The translations under genes were made by a program, and so were the position numbers. 64,000 nt of DNA from Spirochaetota bacterium (lineage in GTDB: Bacteria; Spirochaetota; UBA6919; CBDBPB01), in assembly GCA_965208615.1 (NCBI GenBank), contig CBDBPB010000004.1, forward strand, positions 256,001 through 320,000, in the 5' to 3' direction. Below the pieces are notes generated by a model. It ran no database searches, was not told the origin of the DNA, and saw only the letters and a list, made by a program, of their open reading frames with translations. Position 1 is the first letter of the stretch. Each line of letters opens with the position of its first letter. Below are positions 46,952 to 56,910 of this stretch, one piece after another.

Positions 46952-47434
46952 ATGGGAAAGTTTAATTATTTACCAGAAAAACCATTATTAATAGCGGGGT
47001 TCGGTAATATTTTAATCTCTGACGAAGGTGCTGGTGTTTTAGTTATACAAGAACTTAAAAAACTCGATATGCCAAATAATATTACCCTATTAGACGGCGG
47101 AACAATGGGAATAGATTTTATATCTTTTCTTAATAAATATAGTCAGGTTATTATTATAGATTGTTTAAAAACATTCCCTAATGAGGGTAATGTTATACAG
47201 TTTACCTTGGATCAGGTAAAAGTTAATGATAATAATAATATCTCTATTCATGGGATAGACCTTAATACTGTTATAAATTTGATGTGTTCACTAAATATGA
47301 AGATCCCAGAAATTTTAATATACGGTATAAAACCTTATAACCTAAACTATGGAATTGGTGTTAGTGATAATGTATTAAAGTCTATTAACCAGATTACTAG
47401 GCAAATAGATAGTTTTATAAAAATAAATTGTTAA
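46952..47434 (+). CDS. Hydrogenase maturation endopeptidase
   Basis: Motifs GFGNILISDEGAG, DGGT, IIIDC, SIHG. Confidence 0.9.
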   Translation: MGKFNYLPEKPLLIAGFGNILISDEGAGVLVIQELKKLDMPNNITLLDGGTMGIDFISFLNKYSQVIIIDCLKTFPNEGNVIQFTLDQVKVNDNNNISIHGIDLNTVINLMCSLNMKIPEILIYGIKPYNLNYGIGVSDNVLKSINQITRQIDSFIKINC

Positions 47435-47446
47435 GGAGTTATTAAT

Positions 47447-47899
47447 ATGGCATCTATTGCAGAACTTAAGGCTATGAAAATATTTAAGGGAATAGAAGAG
47501 GCATATTTTGATAAACTGCTCCCTATGTGTTCTATCAAAACTTTATCAAAAGGAGAGTATCTTGAAAAAGAAGGGGAAGAAGCAAAATATTTTGCCATTA
47601 TAAAATCTGGAAAGTTTGCATTTGAGTCTGAGATGTTTAGCGAAAAGATTGTTAGACATACTACCTCGTCAAAAGATGACTATTTTGGTGAGTCATCCTT
47701 AATACCACCATATAAAACCACTACATCCAGAGTTGCAGTTGAGGATTCAGTTGTATATCTTTTTAACGGGAAAAAGCTTAGAGAGCTATGTGATAGTGAT
47801 CATCATTTAGGATATGTAATTATCAAAAAGCTTACTGAAAAGCTATTCAACGACTTAAGAGAAAGTAGACAACAATTAATACAATGTCATTGGGGTTAA
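47447..47899 (+). CDS. Stand-alone cyclic-nucleotide-binding-domain protein
   Basis: cNMP fold motifs KEGEEA.YFAIIKSG and YFGESSL; no HTH. Confidence 0.8.
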   Translation: MASIAELKAMKIFKGIEEAYFDKLLPMCSIKTLSKGEYLEKEGEEAKYFAIIKSGKFAFESEMFSEKIVRHTTSSKDDYFGESSLIPPYKTTTSRVAVEDSVVYLFNGKKLRELCDSDHHLGYVIIKKLTEKLFNDLRESRQQLIQCHWG

Positions 47900-48008
47900 T
47901 AGCCTCTTTAACATTTTAAAAGTTAGTGCATATAAAATTATAGGATACAAGTTTTATAAGACTTTGTTATTAATCATTAATAGTGTAGGTCAAAAGTATT
48001 CTAATTTA

Positions 48009-49307
48009 TTAACATCCAATTCCATAATAAGTAAATCCAAGCTCCTTGAGCTTAGCCGGATTATATTGATTTCTACCATCAAAAATAATAGGTGTTTTCA
48101 TTAACTTTTTCATTTTATCAAAGTTTGGATGCCTAAACTCACGCCATTCAGTTAATAATGCCATAGCATCAGCGTCTACTAAAGAATCATAACAACTTTT
48201 GCAATACTGAAGCTTATTACCAAACAACTTTCTAGTGCTAATTATAGCCTCTGGATCAAATACCTTTATATTAATATGGTCATTCAAAAGCTTAGTTATA
48301 ACATTAATAGCCGGAGACTCCCTAATATCATCAGTCTTAGGCTTAAAAGCTAGTCCCCATACAGCAATAGTCCTATTTTTTAGATCATTATTAAAATGCC
48401 TTTTTATTTTGTAATAAACAATAGACTTCTGTTTTTCATTAACCTTTTCAACAGTATCCACTATCATAAGAGGACTATCATGGTTTTTAGCAGTATTGAC
48501 TAAGGCTCGAATGTCTTTAGGAAAACATGATCCTCCAAACCCTACCCCAGCATATAAAAACTGATTACCAATTCTTGAATCACTTCCCATACCCTCTCTT
48601 ACATAGGAATAGTTTGCACCTACTTTTTCGCATAAATTGGCTATCTCGTTGGCAAAGCTAACCTTTGTAGCTAAAAAAGCATTACATGCATACTTAGTTA
48701 ATTCAGCGGATATATTATCCATAAATATAATCCTATTTTTTCGCATCATAAAACCTGAATATAGCTCCTTCATAACCTCAGCCGTTTTTTTATCCTCGCA
48801 TCCAATAACTACCCTATCAGGCTTCATAAAATCCTCAATAGCGGCACCCTCTTTAAGGAACTCTGGATTGTTAACAATATTAACCCCATAACTAGAGTGC
48901 TTTTTAATAATATCCTTAACCTTATTAGCAGTCCCAACAGGAACTGTACTCTTTAAAACAACTATCTTTTCTTTATTCATATAATTTGCAATATCTTTTG
49001 CGACCTTTAAAACATAGGTTAGATCAGCAGTACCGTCATAAGAAGAAGGAGTGCCTACGGCTATAAATATAATATTTGACTCAACAATTCCCCTTTTAAC
49101 ACCACTAGTAAAAGTTAATCTATTTTCCTTTATATTCCTGCGAACAAGCTCAGATAAACCCGGCTCATAAATAGGTATAATACCATTATTAAGCCCCTCT
49201 ATTTTATCTTCATCAATATCAACACAAATAACGTTATGTCCGTTTTCAGCAAAGCATGTTCCCACCACTAGCCCAACATATCCAATACCAATAACACAAA
49301 TATTCAT
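48009..49307 (-). CDS. ugd: UDP-glucose 6-dehydrogenase
   Basis: Motifs GIGYVG, IAVGTP, KSTVPVGT, NPEFLKEG, GFGGSCFPKD, GLAFKPKTDDIRESP. Confidence 0.95.
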   Translation of the reverse strand: MNICVIGIGYVGLVVGTCFAENGHNVICVDIDEDKIEGLNNGIIPIYEPGLSELVRRNIKENRLTFTSGVKRGIVESNIIFIAVGTPSSYDGTADLTYVLKVAKDIANYMNKEKIVVLKSTVPVGTANKVKDIIKKHSSYGVNIVNNPEFLKEGAAIEDFMKPDRVVIGCEDKKTAEVMKELYSGFMMRKNRIIFMDNISAELTKYACNAFLATKVSFANEIANLCEKVGANYSYVREGMGSDSRIGNQFLYAGVGFGGSCFPKDIRALVNTAKNHDSPLMIVDTVEKVNEKQKSIVYYKIKRHFNNDLKNRTIAVWGLAFKPKTDDIRESPAINVITKLLNDHINIKVFDPEAIISTRKLFGNKLQYCKSCYDSLVDADAMALLTEWREFRHPNFDKMKKLMKTPIIFDGRNQYNPAKLKELGFTYYGIGC

Positions 49308-49358
49308 ATATAATATCCTTGTTTTATATATTCTGGTTATACTATTTATAATTAGCTG

Positions 49359-49733
49359 TTAGTCAAGAGGAGCAAGCATAATACAAGTATTATAAACTAC
49401 ATCAATACCATTATTCTTACAAAATTCAATAGCTTTTTTAGATTCTGCACCAGGCTGAATCCAAATCTTTTTAATGCCAAGCTTATGACACTCAATCACT
49501 ACTTTTTCTGTAACCTCTGGAGGTACTACAATATCCACAACTTCAACTTTTTCAGGTAAATCAGTAATAGACTTATATACCACATCATCATCTATAGTCT
49601 TAATAGCCCTATGAATAGGATAAACACGCTTTCCAATCTTTTTTAGATATTTATAAATCTTATATCCATACTTATGTGGTTTAGATGAGGCTCCAACAAC
49701 AGCAAACACATTTGCATCCAAGAAGTTATCCAT
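49359..49733 (-). CDS. CoA-binding protein (YccU family)
   Basis: Motifs AVVGAS, VYPI, WIQPGAES. Confidence 0.9.
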   Translation of the reverse strand: MDNFLDANVFAVVGASSKPHKYGYKIYKYLKKIGKRVYPIHRAIKTIDDDVVYKSITDLPEKVEVVDIVVPPEVTEKVVIECHKLGIKKIWIQPGAESKKAIEFCKNNGIDVVYNTCIMLAPLD

Positions 49734-49765
49734 ATTTCCTTAACCTTCAAGATAATATTTTATAA

Positions 49766-50080
49766 TTACTTAAGCTTAGTAAATAACACACTTTCCTTTT
49801 GTAGTCCTACCATTTGATCTACAATATCCCCATTGTTGAAAATCATAAGAGTAGGAATAGACATAATATTATATTTTTGAGCAAGAACAGTATTCTCCTC
49901 AGTATTTATTTTAACAATTTTATATTTTCCATCCAGTTTATTACTTAAGCTCTCCAAAATATTGGACTGCATACGACAAGGCATACACCAAGATGCCCAA
50001 AAATCCACTAAAACGGGAGTATTAGACTTTAATACTTCTTTATTAAAGTTTTTTTCAGTTACCTCTAAAATTTCTTTCAT
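49766..50080 (-). CDS. trxA: Thioredoxin
   Basis: VLVDFWASWCMPC and IMSIPTL. Confidence 0.92.
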   Translation of the reverse strand: MKEILEVTEKNFNKEVLKSNTPVLVDFWASWCMPCRMQSNILESLSNKLDGKYKIVKINTEENTVLAQKYNIMSIPTLMIFNNGDIVDQMVGLQKESVLFTKLK

Positions 50081-50374
50081 AGTAATCCCCAGCCTATCTA
50101 TATTATAATTAATTTAATATTATAATCTATTACTAAAAATATATTATAAAAATAACAGATATTTCAAGTATTATTTTATTTTATAATACATTTATTTTTT
50201 ATTCTAAAAAGTGATTATCCTATAGCTTTTTTTAGTATTAAAAAAAGCCTTGTCAACCAATAAACTGCAAATATTAATACACTTTTTAACATGAATTTGT
50301 TAACTTTTATTCAACAACTTTTTATCCATTATAAGCTTTATTAATAAATATATATAATAACAAGGGTAACAAAT

Positions 50375-50695
50375 ATGAATAGCCATATAGCAGGATCAAA
50401 TAACTTTATAAGAGAACAATTTTTTATTAATGATATTAAAAATGATATAAAAAAACTAAAAACTTTTAACACTATAGATACAAATAAATTATATAGTAAT
50501 TTTCAAAAGTTGACTAGTAAAGTAATGCTCCTAAACAAAGAAGTCGATAACTTAAATAAAAAAATAACTTTGGTAAAAGATGAGGTTAAGAACAATATAA
50601 AAATAACACAAAAACGTATAAAAAAAACGTATAAAATATTACTTATTATATTTTCTATTTTTACCGCACTAACCATAGTAATTTTGACTTTATAA
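50375..50695 (+). CDS. Hypothetical coiled-coil protein with a C-terminal membrane anchor
   Basis: Heptad region followed by a terminal hydrophobic helix. Confidence 0.6.
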   Translation: MNSHIAGSNNFIREQFFINDIKNDIKKLKTFNTIDTNKLYSNFQKLTSKVMLLNKEVDNLNKKITLVKDEVKNNIKITQKRIKKTYKILLIIFSIFTALTIVILTL

Positions 50696-50697
50696 AG

Positions 50698-52011
50698 TTA
50701 TTCTGCATTAAACAATACCTCAGATGCCCTATTATAACTAAATCCTAATACACTATCATAAACTACTGAGCCTAGTACAATAGTTTTAATAACCTTGCCC
50801 ATCACCTTATAATCGTTAAAGGGAGTCCATTTAGATTTGGAGAATAACTTATTAGAGCTTATGCTATACTTTATTATAGGATCAACAATAACTAAGTCTG
50901 CATCATATCCGAGTTTAATTATGCTTTTATTTTTTATAGAAAAAATATTAGCAGGATTCTCACTTGTATACCTGACTATCTGAGATATTGTTAGTTTATT
51001 ATTATTAACTTCTGTTAACAGTAACGGAAGTAGAGTTTCCAGTCCTGGTATACCTGCTGGAGCATTTAGATAATCACTATCTTTTTCTGAGATTAAATGT
51101 GGAGCATGATCCGTACCTATTGTGTCTATTAGGTTGTTAGACAGAGCATTATATAAATATAATCTATTTTCCTCACTTCTTATTGGAGGATTTACCTTTC
51201 CTAAATTGCCTATTTTATTTAATATTGTTTCATTTAGAAAAAGATGATGAGGAGTTGCTTCACAGTAAACCGTCATAGCAGTTTTTGCTTTTTGAATAAG
51301 TTTAACTTCTTTTTCTGTAGATACATGACAAAAGTATAATTTAGGATTATAGGGTTTTGCAAGGTCTATAATCTTTTTAACCGCTGAATATGCCACTTCT
51401 TCATTGCGGATTTGATTATGTATACTGGGATTTAGGTTAGTTTGTTTTAGGTTTATAAGGTTTTTTTGTATTAAAAGTTCATCTTCTGCGTGTATGGTTA
51501 GAGGAACTTTTGTATATTCCATTATTTTACTAATTACTTTTGGATTTTTTACTAAAAGGTTACCAGTAGTTGATCCAAAGTATATTTTGATGGAGGCAAT
51601 ATTACTTACTTTTTGGAGTTCTTTTAGGTTATTGATTGTTGCTCCAAAGTGAAATCCATAATTTACCAATGAAGATTTTTTTACTATTTCTCGTTTTTGA
51701 CAAAGTCTTTCATAAGTGGTTGTGGGGGGATTGGTATTAGGCATATCTATAACCGTTGTTATACCTGAAGATACAGCGGCTTTAGACCCGCTAGTCCAGT
51801 CTTCTTTGTGTTCTGATCCAGGACAACGAAAGTGAACATGGGGATCAATTAATCCTGGTAATATCCATTTACCTTTGCAGTCTATTATTTTATTTGCCTT
51901 AAAGTTATTGGGTGATATGCCAGCAATTTTTTTATTTTTTAAAAACAAATTAAGTTTTTTAAGTTCGCCGTTTATATATATTAGTCCATTAGTTAACAAT
52001 ATAGTATTCAT
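50698..52011 (-). CDS. pyrC: Dihydroorotase
   Basis: Motifs PGLIDPHVHFR, DMPNTNPP, HAED, CHVST, EATPHHL, KVNPPIR, GTDHAPH. Confidence 0.92.
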   Translation of the reverse strand: MNTILLTNGLIYINGELKKLNLFLKNKKIAGISPNNFKANKIIDCKGKWILPGLIDPHVHFRCPGSEHKEDWTSGSKAAVSSGITTVIDMPNTNPPTTTYERLCQKREIVKKSSLVNYGFHFGATINNLKELQKVSNIASIKIYFGSTTGNLLVKNPKVISKIMEYTKVPLTIHAEDELLIQKNLINLKQTNLNPSIHNQIRNEEVAYSAVKKIIDLAKPYNPKLYFCHVSTEKEVKLIQKAKTAMTVYCEATPHHLFLNETILNKIGNLGKVNPPIRSEENRLYLYNALSNNLIDTIGTDHAPHLISEKDSDYLNAPAGIPGLETLLPLLLTEVNNNKLTISQIVRYTSENPANIFSIKNKSIIKLGYDADLVIVDPIIKYSISSNKLFSKSKWTPFNDYKVMGKVIKTIVLGSVVYDSVLGFSYNRASEVLFNAE

Positions 52012-52128
52012 ACTTTTTCCAATGTTTTATTATATATTCGTCTTATAAGAACTTTTAACAAAGCAAAAATACAATTATAGTCTAATATTATTAGGCTATA
52101 TATAGAGAATTATTAATATTACAGTTTA

Positions 52129-52440
52129 TTGTGCGGTATCCAAATGGATAATATGGTTGTTGCCACATCCAAGATTCTAATTTCCACGGGGGAGTGTTTT
52201 TCCCTTAAAGAAAAAAGAAAGATTATTAAAAGCATAAAGGAAAAGATAAAAGATAGGTTTAACTTATCAGTAGCTGAGATTAGCCTATTATCAGACTATA
52301 AACAAGGATTAATAGGTTTAGCAGGGGTATCCAACGATATAGCCTATGCTAATGGTGTATTAAACAAGGCAATAGATTTTTTAGAACAAAGTTTTCCTGG
52401 TAGGATAATAGATTATCAGTTAAAAATAGAGTTATATTAA
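52129..52440 (+). CDS. DUF503 (YlxP) family protein
   Basis: SLKEKRKIIKS...RFNLSVAE signature. True start probably ATG 52144 or 52153. Confidence 0.85.
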   Translation: MCGIQMDNMVVATSKILISTGECFSLKEKRKIIKSIKEKIKDRFNLSVAEISLLSDYKQGLIGLAGVSNDIAYANGVLNKAIDFLEQSFPGRIIDYQLKIELY

Positions 52441-52691
52441 ATAGTTTTATTTTATTTATTAAGCTATTATTTATTAACTAATATTATTTGTTATCGAATA
52501 TTATAGAAAGTTTAATAACTACTTATTTTAACGGTGGAACAACTATTAAAGCATTTAGTCATACTATAGTTATAATTGTCTATTTAAAAATAAATAAGAT
52601 TTTCTTGATATTTAACTGTTTTTTTACTATTTTTTTATTTAATTTTTATACTAAACTATACAAATAACTATAATAGAAGGTTAAATAAATT

Positions 52692-52874
52692 ATGGCAGTA
52701 CCTAAAAAGAAAAAATCAAAATCTAAATCAAGAAGTCGTAGAGCTTCATATCTCAAGCTTAAACTAACTAATACTGCAAATTGCTCTAACTGTGGCGCAG
52801 TAAGACTACCTCATACCGTTTGTCCTACTTGTGGATACTATAAAGATAAAATTGTAGTAAACTATTCGGACTAA
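52692..52874 (+). CDS. rpmF: 50S ribosomal protein L32 (Zn-binding type)
   Basis: MAVPKKKKSKS...CSNCG...PHTVCPTCGYY. Confidence 0.96.
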   Translation: MAVPKKKKSKSKSRSRRASYLKLKLTNTANCSNCGAVRLPHTVCPTCGYYKDKIVVNYSD

Positions 52875-52882
52875 AATATACA

Positions 52883-53884
52883 ATGAATATTGCCGTAGAC
52901 GTTATGAGTGGAGAAAATCATCCTAGCATACTTATAAAAGGCGCTATAGATGCTATTATTAACTCTAACGTCAGCCTAGTTTTTGTTGGAGATGAAAAGG
53001 TGATATCCAAAGAATTGGATAAATATAGTACTAATATAACCAATAGGATATCAATAGAACACGCTCCAGAAGTTATAGGGATGAATGAGTCGCCGGCTAA
53101 AGCATGCAGAAAAAAGAAAAAGTCTAGTATTATGGTTGCTACTCAACTGATTGCAGATAAAAAAGCCGATGGTATGTTCTCCCCTGGAAATACTGGTGCC
53201 ACTATGACAGCCTCATTATTTAATATTAAAAGAATAAAGGGGGTAGTAAGACCTGCCATAGCTGTTATTCTCCCAACACTAAAAGGGAGTACTCTCCTAT
53301 TGGATGGTGGAGCCAGCGTTGATTGTAGTCCACAAAGCTTGGTGCAGTTTGCTGTCATGGGAGAAATATTTATGAAATATATTGTGGATATTAAGTATCC
53401 TACTATTTCCCTTTTGAGCATCGGAGAAGAAGATCATAAAGGTAATGATGCCTCCCAAAAAGCCTTTAAAATAATGAAGTCTGTAAACTTTAACTTTGTT
53501 GGCAATATTGAAGGACACAACGTTTTTGAAGGTGATGTGGATGTTATTGTATGCGACGGCTTTATAGGTAATATCGTTATAAAACTATCTGAGGGACTCG
53601 GGTCTGTATTAATGCGTTTAATAAAAAATGAAATTATGGAAAGTTTTAGCTATAGGTTAGGTGCCTTTATGGCTAAGGGTGCCTTTAGAAATGTTAAAAA
53701 CAGGCTCCACCCTGCTACTTACGGCGGAGCCCCACTATTGGGGGTAAACGGATGTGTAATTATTGGTCACGGTTCAACGGGAGAGCTTGCAACTAAAAAT
53801 GGAGTATTAACAACAATAAAATTAGCTAAAACAAAAATAAACAATTTGATTGCCGATAGAATAAAGAGCTATATAGAAATTTAG
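52883..53884 (+). CDS. plsX: Phosphate acyltransferase PlsX
   Basis: Motifs IAVDVMSG, GNTGA, RPAIA, IGEEDHKG, VCDGFIGN, GGAPLLG. Confidence 0.95.
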   Translation: MNIAVDVMSGENHPSILIKGAIDAIINSNVSLVFVGDEKVISKELDKYSTNITNRISIEHAPEVIGMNESPAKACRKKKKSSIMVATQLIADKKADGMFSPGNTGATMTASLFNIKRIKGVVRPAIAVILPTLKGSTLLLDGGASVDCSPQSLVQFAVMGEIFMKYIVDIKYPTISLLSIGEEDHKGNDASQKAFKIMKSVNFNFVGNIEGHNVFEGDVDVIVCDGFIGNIVIKLSEGLGSVLMRLIKNEIMESFSYRLGAFMAKGAFRNVKNRLHPATYGGAPLLGVNGCVIIGHGSTGELATKNGVLTTIKLAKTKINNLIADRIKSYIEI

Positions 53885-53927
53885 TTTTCTAACCGGTATA
53901 TTTAAAGTTAATAAATAGGGAGAAACT

Positions 53928-54857
53928 TTGAAAAAAATAGGATTTATCTTCCCAGGACAAGGATCTCAGCATGTTGGTATGGGTAAAGATTTTTATGATA
54001 ATTTTCCAGAAACAAAAAAAATATTTGATTCTGCTAATGAAATTTTAAATATAAATTTAAAAGATATTATGTTTAATGGTCCAAAAAATGTTTTACAGAA
54101 AACTGAAAATGCTCAACCAGCACTATTGACCATGAGTACTGCAGTTTTACAGATTTTAAAAAAAAAGAATATTAGTCCTGTTGCCTGCGCTGGACATTCT
54201 CTTGGTGAGTTTTCTGCTTATGTTGCCTCAGGGGTGCTTAGTTTTGCCGACGGACTAAAAACTGTACGTAAACGCGGTGAACTTATGAGTAATGCCGATG
54301 TGGATAAAAAAGGTACTATGGGAGCCATTATTGGCTTAGAGGATAGTGAAGTAGAGGAAATTTGTAAATTAGCATCTAATGGTGGTGTATTAATACCTGC
54401 TAATTATAATTGCCCTGGTCAATTAGTTATATCTGGGGATAGGGGTAGTGTAGAAAAGGCTATTGCTATTGCTAAAGATCGTAATGCCAAAATGGCGATA
54501 GTATTAGATGTTAGTGGTGCATTTCATTCTCCTTTGATTGAGTCAGCGGCTAAGAAGTTTAGTCACTTTTTAGATAGCATTGAGCTAAGTAAACCAAAAA
54601 TATTAGTTATCTCTAATGTTACCGGAGATGTTATTGATTTCGCTAATATGAGGTCTTTGCTGTATAAACAAATGTTATCCCCTGTGTTGTGGAGAAAGTC
54701 TATAGAAAAAATGATTAAAATGGGTATAAATACATTTATTGAGGTTGGAGCCGGTAAAGTTTTACAGGGGCTTGTAAAGAAAATTGATAGACGTTTAACT
54801 ACCTTTGGTATAGACAGTATAAAATCTCTAGATAGACTTTTATCAATGACTAAATAG
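53928..54857 (+). CDS. fabD: Malonyl-CoA:ACP transacylase
   Basis: Motifs FPGQGSQ, AGHSLGE, ANYNCPGQ, VSGAFHS. Confidence 0.96.
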   Translation: MKKIGFIFPGQGSQHVGMGKDFYDNFPETKKIFDSANEILNINLKDIMFNGPKNVLQKTENAQPALLTMSTAVLQILKKKNISPVACAGHSLGEFSAYVASGVLSFADGLKTVRKRGELMSNADVDKKGTMGAIIGLEDSEVEEICKLASNGGVLIPANYNCPGQLVISGDRGSVEKAIAIAKDRNAKMAIVLDVSGAFHSPLIESAAKKFSHFLDSIELSKPKILVISNVTGDVIDFANMRSLLYKQMLSPVLWRKSIEKMIKMGINTFIEVGAGKVLQGLVKKIDRRLTTFGIDSIKSLDRLLSMTK

Positions 54858-54900
54858 ATAAAGTTACAGTCTAATATAAAATTTATTTTAAGAGGAAATT

Positions 54901-55644
54901 ATGATATCATTAAAAGATAAGATTGCCGTTATAACTGGTGCCAGTCGTGGAATTGGTCAGGCTATAGCTATAAAACTTGCCAGCCTTGGTGCCGATTTAG
55001 TAGTTTGTGATATAGTAGAGGCTCAGGAAACTGTTAAAAAAATTGAAGAGTTAGGGCAAAGAGCTATCTCCGTAAAAGCTGATGTATCAAGCGAGGCTGA
55101 AGTAAAAGCTCTTATAGACAGATCAGTTGAAGAATTTGGAAAAATAGATATTATGGTAAATAATGCTGGAATAACTAAAGACGGCTTAGCGATGAGAATG
55201 CCAGAAGAAGACTGGGATAAAGTAATCAATATAAATTTAAAGGGTGTATTTATATGTACTAAGGCAGTTTTAAAGCCAATGATAAAACAAAAATCGGGTC
55301 ATATTATTAATATCGCCTCAATAATAGGTCTAGTTGGAAATGTTGGACAAACAAACTATTCTGCTAGTAAGGCTGGTGTTATTGCTATTACAAAGTCTGT
55401 GGCACAAGAGGTGGGGGCTAGGAATATAAATATAAATGCTGTAGCACCTGGTTTTATTGAAACTGCTATGACTAAAAAGCTACCAGATAAGGTTAGAACT
55501 AGTCTTTTGGATAGAATACCATTAAGGCGACTTGGTTCACCTGATGATGTTGCTAATCTTGTTGCATTTCTTGCATCTGATAAGGCTAATTATATAACTG
55601 GGCAGGTTTTTGTTTTAGACGGCGGAATGACTATGACTGGTTAG
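54901..55644 (+). CDS. fabG: 3-oxoacyl-ACP reductase
   Basis: Motifs TGASRGIG, NNAGITKD, NYSASKAG, VAPGFI; fab gene context. Confidence 0.95.
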   Translation: MISLKDKIAVITGASRGIGQAIAIKLASLGADLVVCDIVEAQETVKKIEELGQRAISVKADVSSEAEVKALIDRSVEEFGKIDIMVNNAGITKDGLAMRMPEEDWDKVININLKGVFICTKAVLKPMIKQKSGHIINIASIIGLVGNVGQTNYSASKAGVIAITKSVAQEVGARNININAVAPGFIETAMTKKLPDKVRTSLLDRIPLRRLGSPDDVANLVAFLASDKANYITGQVFVLDGGMTMTG

Positions 55645-55653
55645 GGAATATTT

Positions 55654-56907
55654 ATGGAGTCAAAAAAAGTAGTTATAACTGGACTTGGGATTATATCTCC
55701 CAATGGCAATTCTATAAATGAGTTTTGGGATAACTGTATCAATGGTAAGTCAGGGATTGATAAGATTAAGCGTTTTGATGCTAGTAAGTTCCCAACGCAG
55801 TTTGGTGGAGAAATTAAACTATTTAATCCTCTGGATTATATGGATAAAAAAACTGTACGCCAAATGGATCCTTTTGTTCATTATTGTATTGCGGCAGGCC
55901 GACAGGCGTTGGATGATAGTAATCTAACTCAGACTAATATTGATAAGTTGGATAGAAATAGAATTGGTATATTGGTTGGATCAGGGATTGGGGGAATATA
56001 TACTTATACCGATAATGATATTAAGTTTGATGTTGGCGGCTGGAAAAAGGTATCTCCTTTTTTTATCCCCGGTATTATTACAAACATGGCTAGTGGGATG
56101 GGGGCTATTCTTTGGGGGCTTAGCGGACCTAATTATTCTATATCAACTGCTTGTGCTACTTCTAATCATGCAATATTAGAATCTATGCATATAATAAAAC
56201 GTGGTGAGGCAGATATTATGTTAGCTGGAGGTAGTGAGGGTGCATTAACTCCGCTAGGTTTAGCTGGTTTTTGTGCGGCTAGAGCCTTATCAACAAGAAA
56301 TGATGATCCTAAAACTGCCTCTCGTCCTTTTGATAAAGAAAGAGATGGTTTTGTGCTAAGTGAGGGATCTGGGGTAATCGTATTGGAGAGTGAGGAAAGT
56401 GCTATAAAACGGGGAGTTAAGATATACGCTGAAATGGCTGGGGGTGGTATGAGTTGTGACGCTTTTCATATTACACAACCATGTAGTGATGGTGCCGGGG
56501 TAATTAACTGCATGAACATAGCTTTAAATAACTCTAAGGTTAAACTGGATGAGGTTAATTATATTAACACACATGGTACTAGTACTCCTCTTGGAGATAA
56601 GGCTGAACAATATGCCATTAAGCGGGTATTTGGTAAGCATGTTAAGAATATCAAGGTTAACTCTACAAAATCGCTAATAGGACATTTACTTGGTGCCGCC
56701 GGGGGAGCTGAAGCTATTGCTGTTGTTAAAAGCTTTGAAACTAATTCTCTTCATCCTACTATAAATTATAATACTCCTGATCCTGATTGTGATATTGATT
56801 GTATACCAAATAAGGCTATTGACTATTCTATTAATGCGGCCATGTCTAATTCATTTGGATTTGGTGGTCATAATTGTTCTATTGTGTTTAGGAAGTACTT
56901 TCAATAA
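55654..56907 (+). CDS. fabF: 3-oxoacyl-ACP synthase II
   Basis: Motifs TACAT, HGTSTPLGD, GHLLGAAG, SNSFGFGGHN. Confidence 0.96.
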   Translation: MESKKVVITGLGIISPNGNSINEFWDNCINGKSGIDKIKRFDASKFPTQFGGEIKLFNPLDYMDKKTVRQMDPFVHYCIAAGRQALDDSNLTQTNIDKLDRNRIGILVGSGIGGIYTYTDNDIKFDVGGWKKVSPFFIPGIITNMASGMGAILWGLSGPNYSISTACATSNHAILESMHIIKRGEADIMLAGGSEGALTPLGLAGFCAARALSTRNDDPKTASRPFDKERDGFVLSEGSGVIVLESEESAIKRGVKIYAEMAGGGMSCDAFHITQPCSDGAGVINCMNIALNNSKVKLDEVNYINTHGTSTPLGDKAEQYAIKRVFGKHVKNIKVNSTKSLIGHLLGAAGGAEAIAVVKSFETNSLHPTINYNTPDPDCDIDCIPNKAIDYSINAAMSNSFGFGGHNCSIVFRKYFQ

Positions 56908-56910
56908 ATT

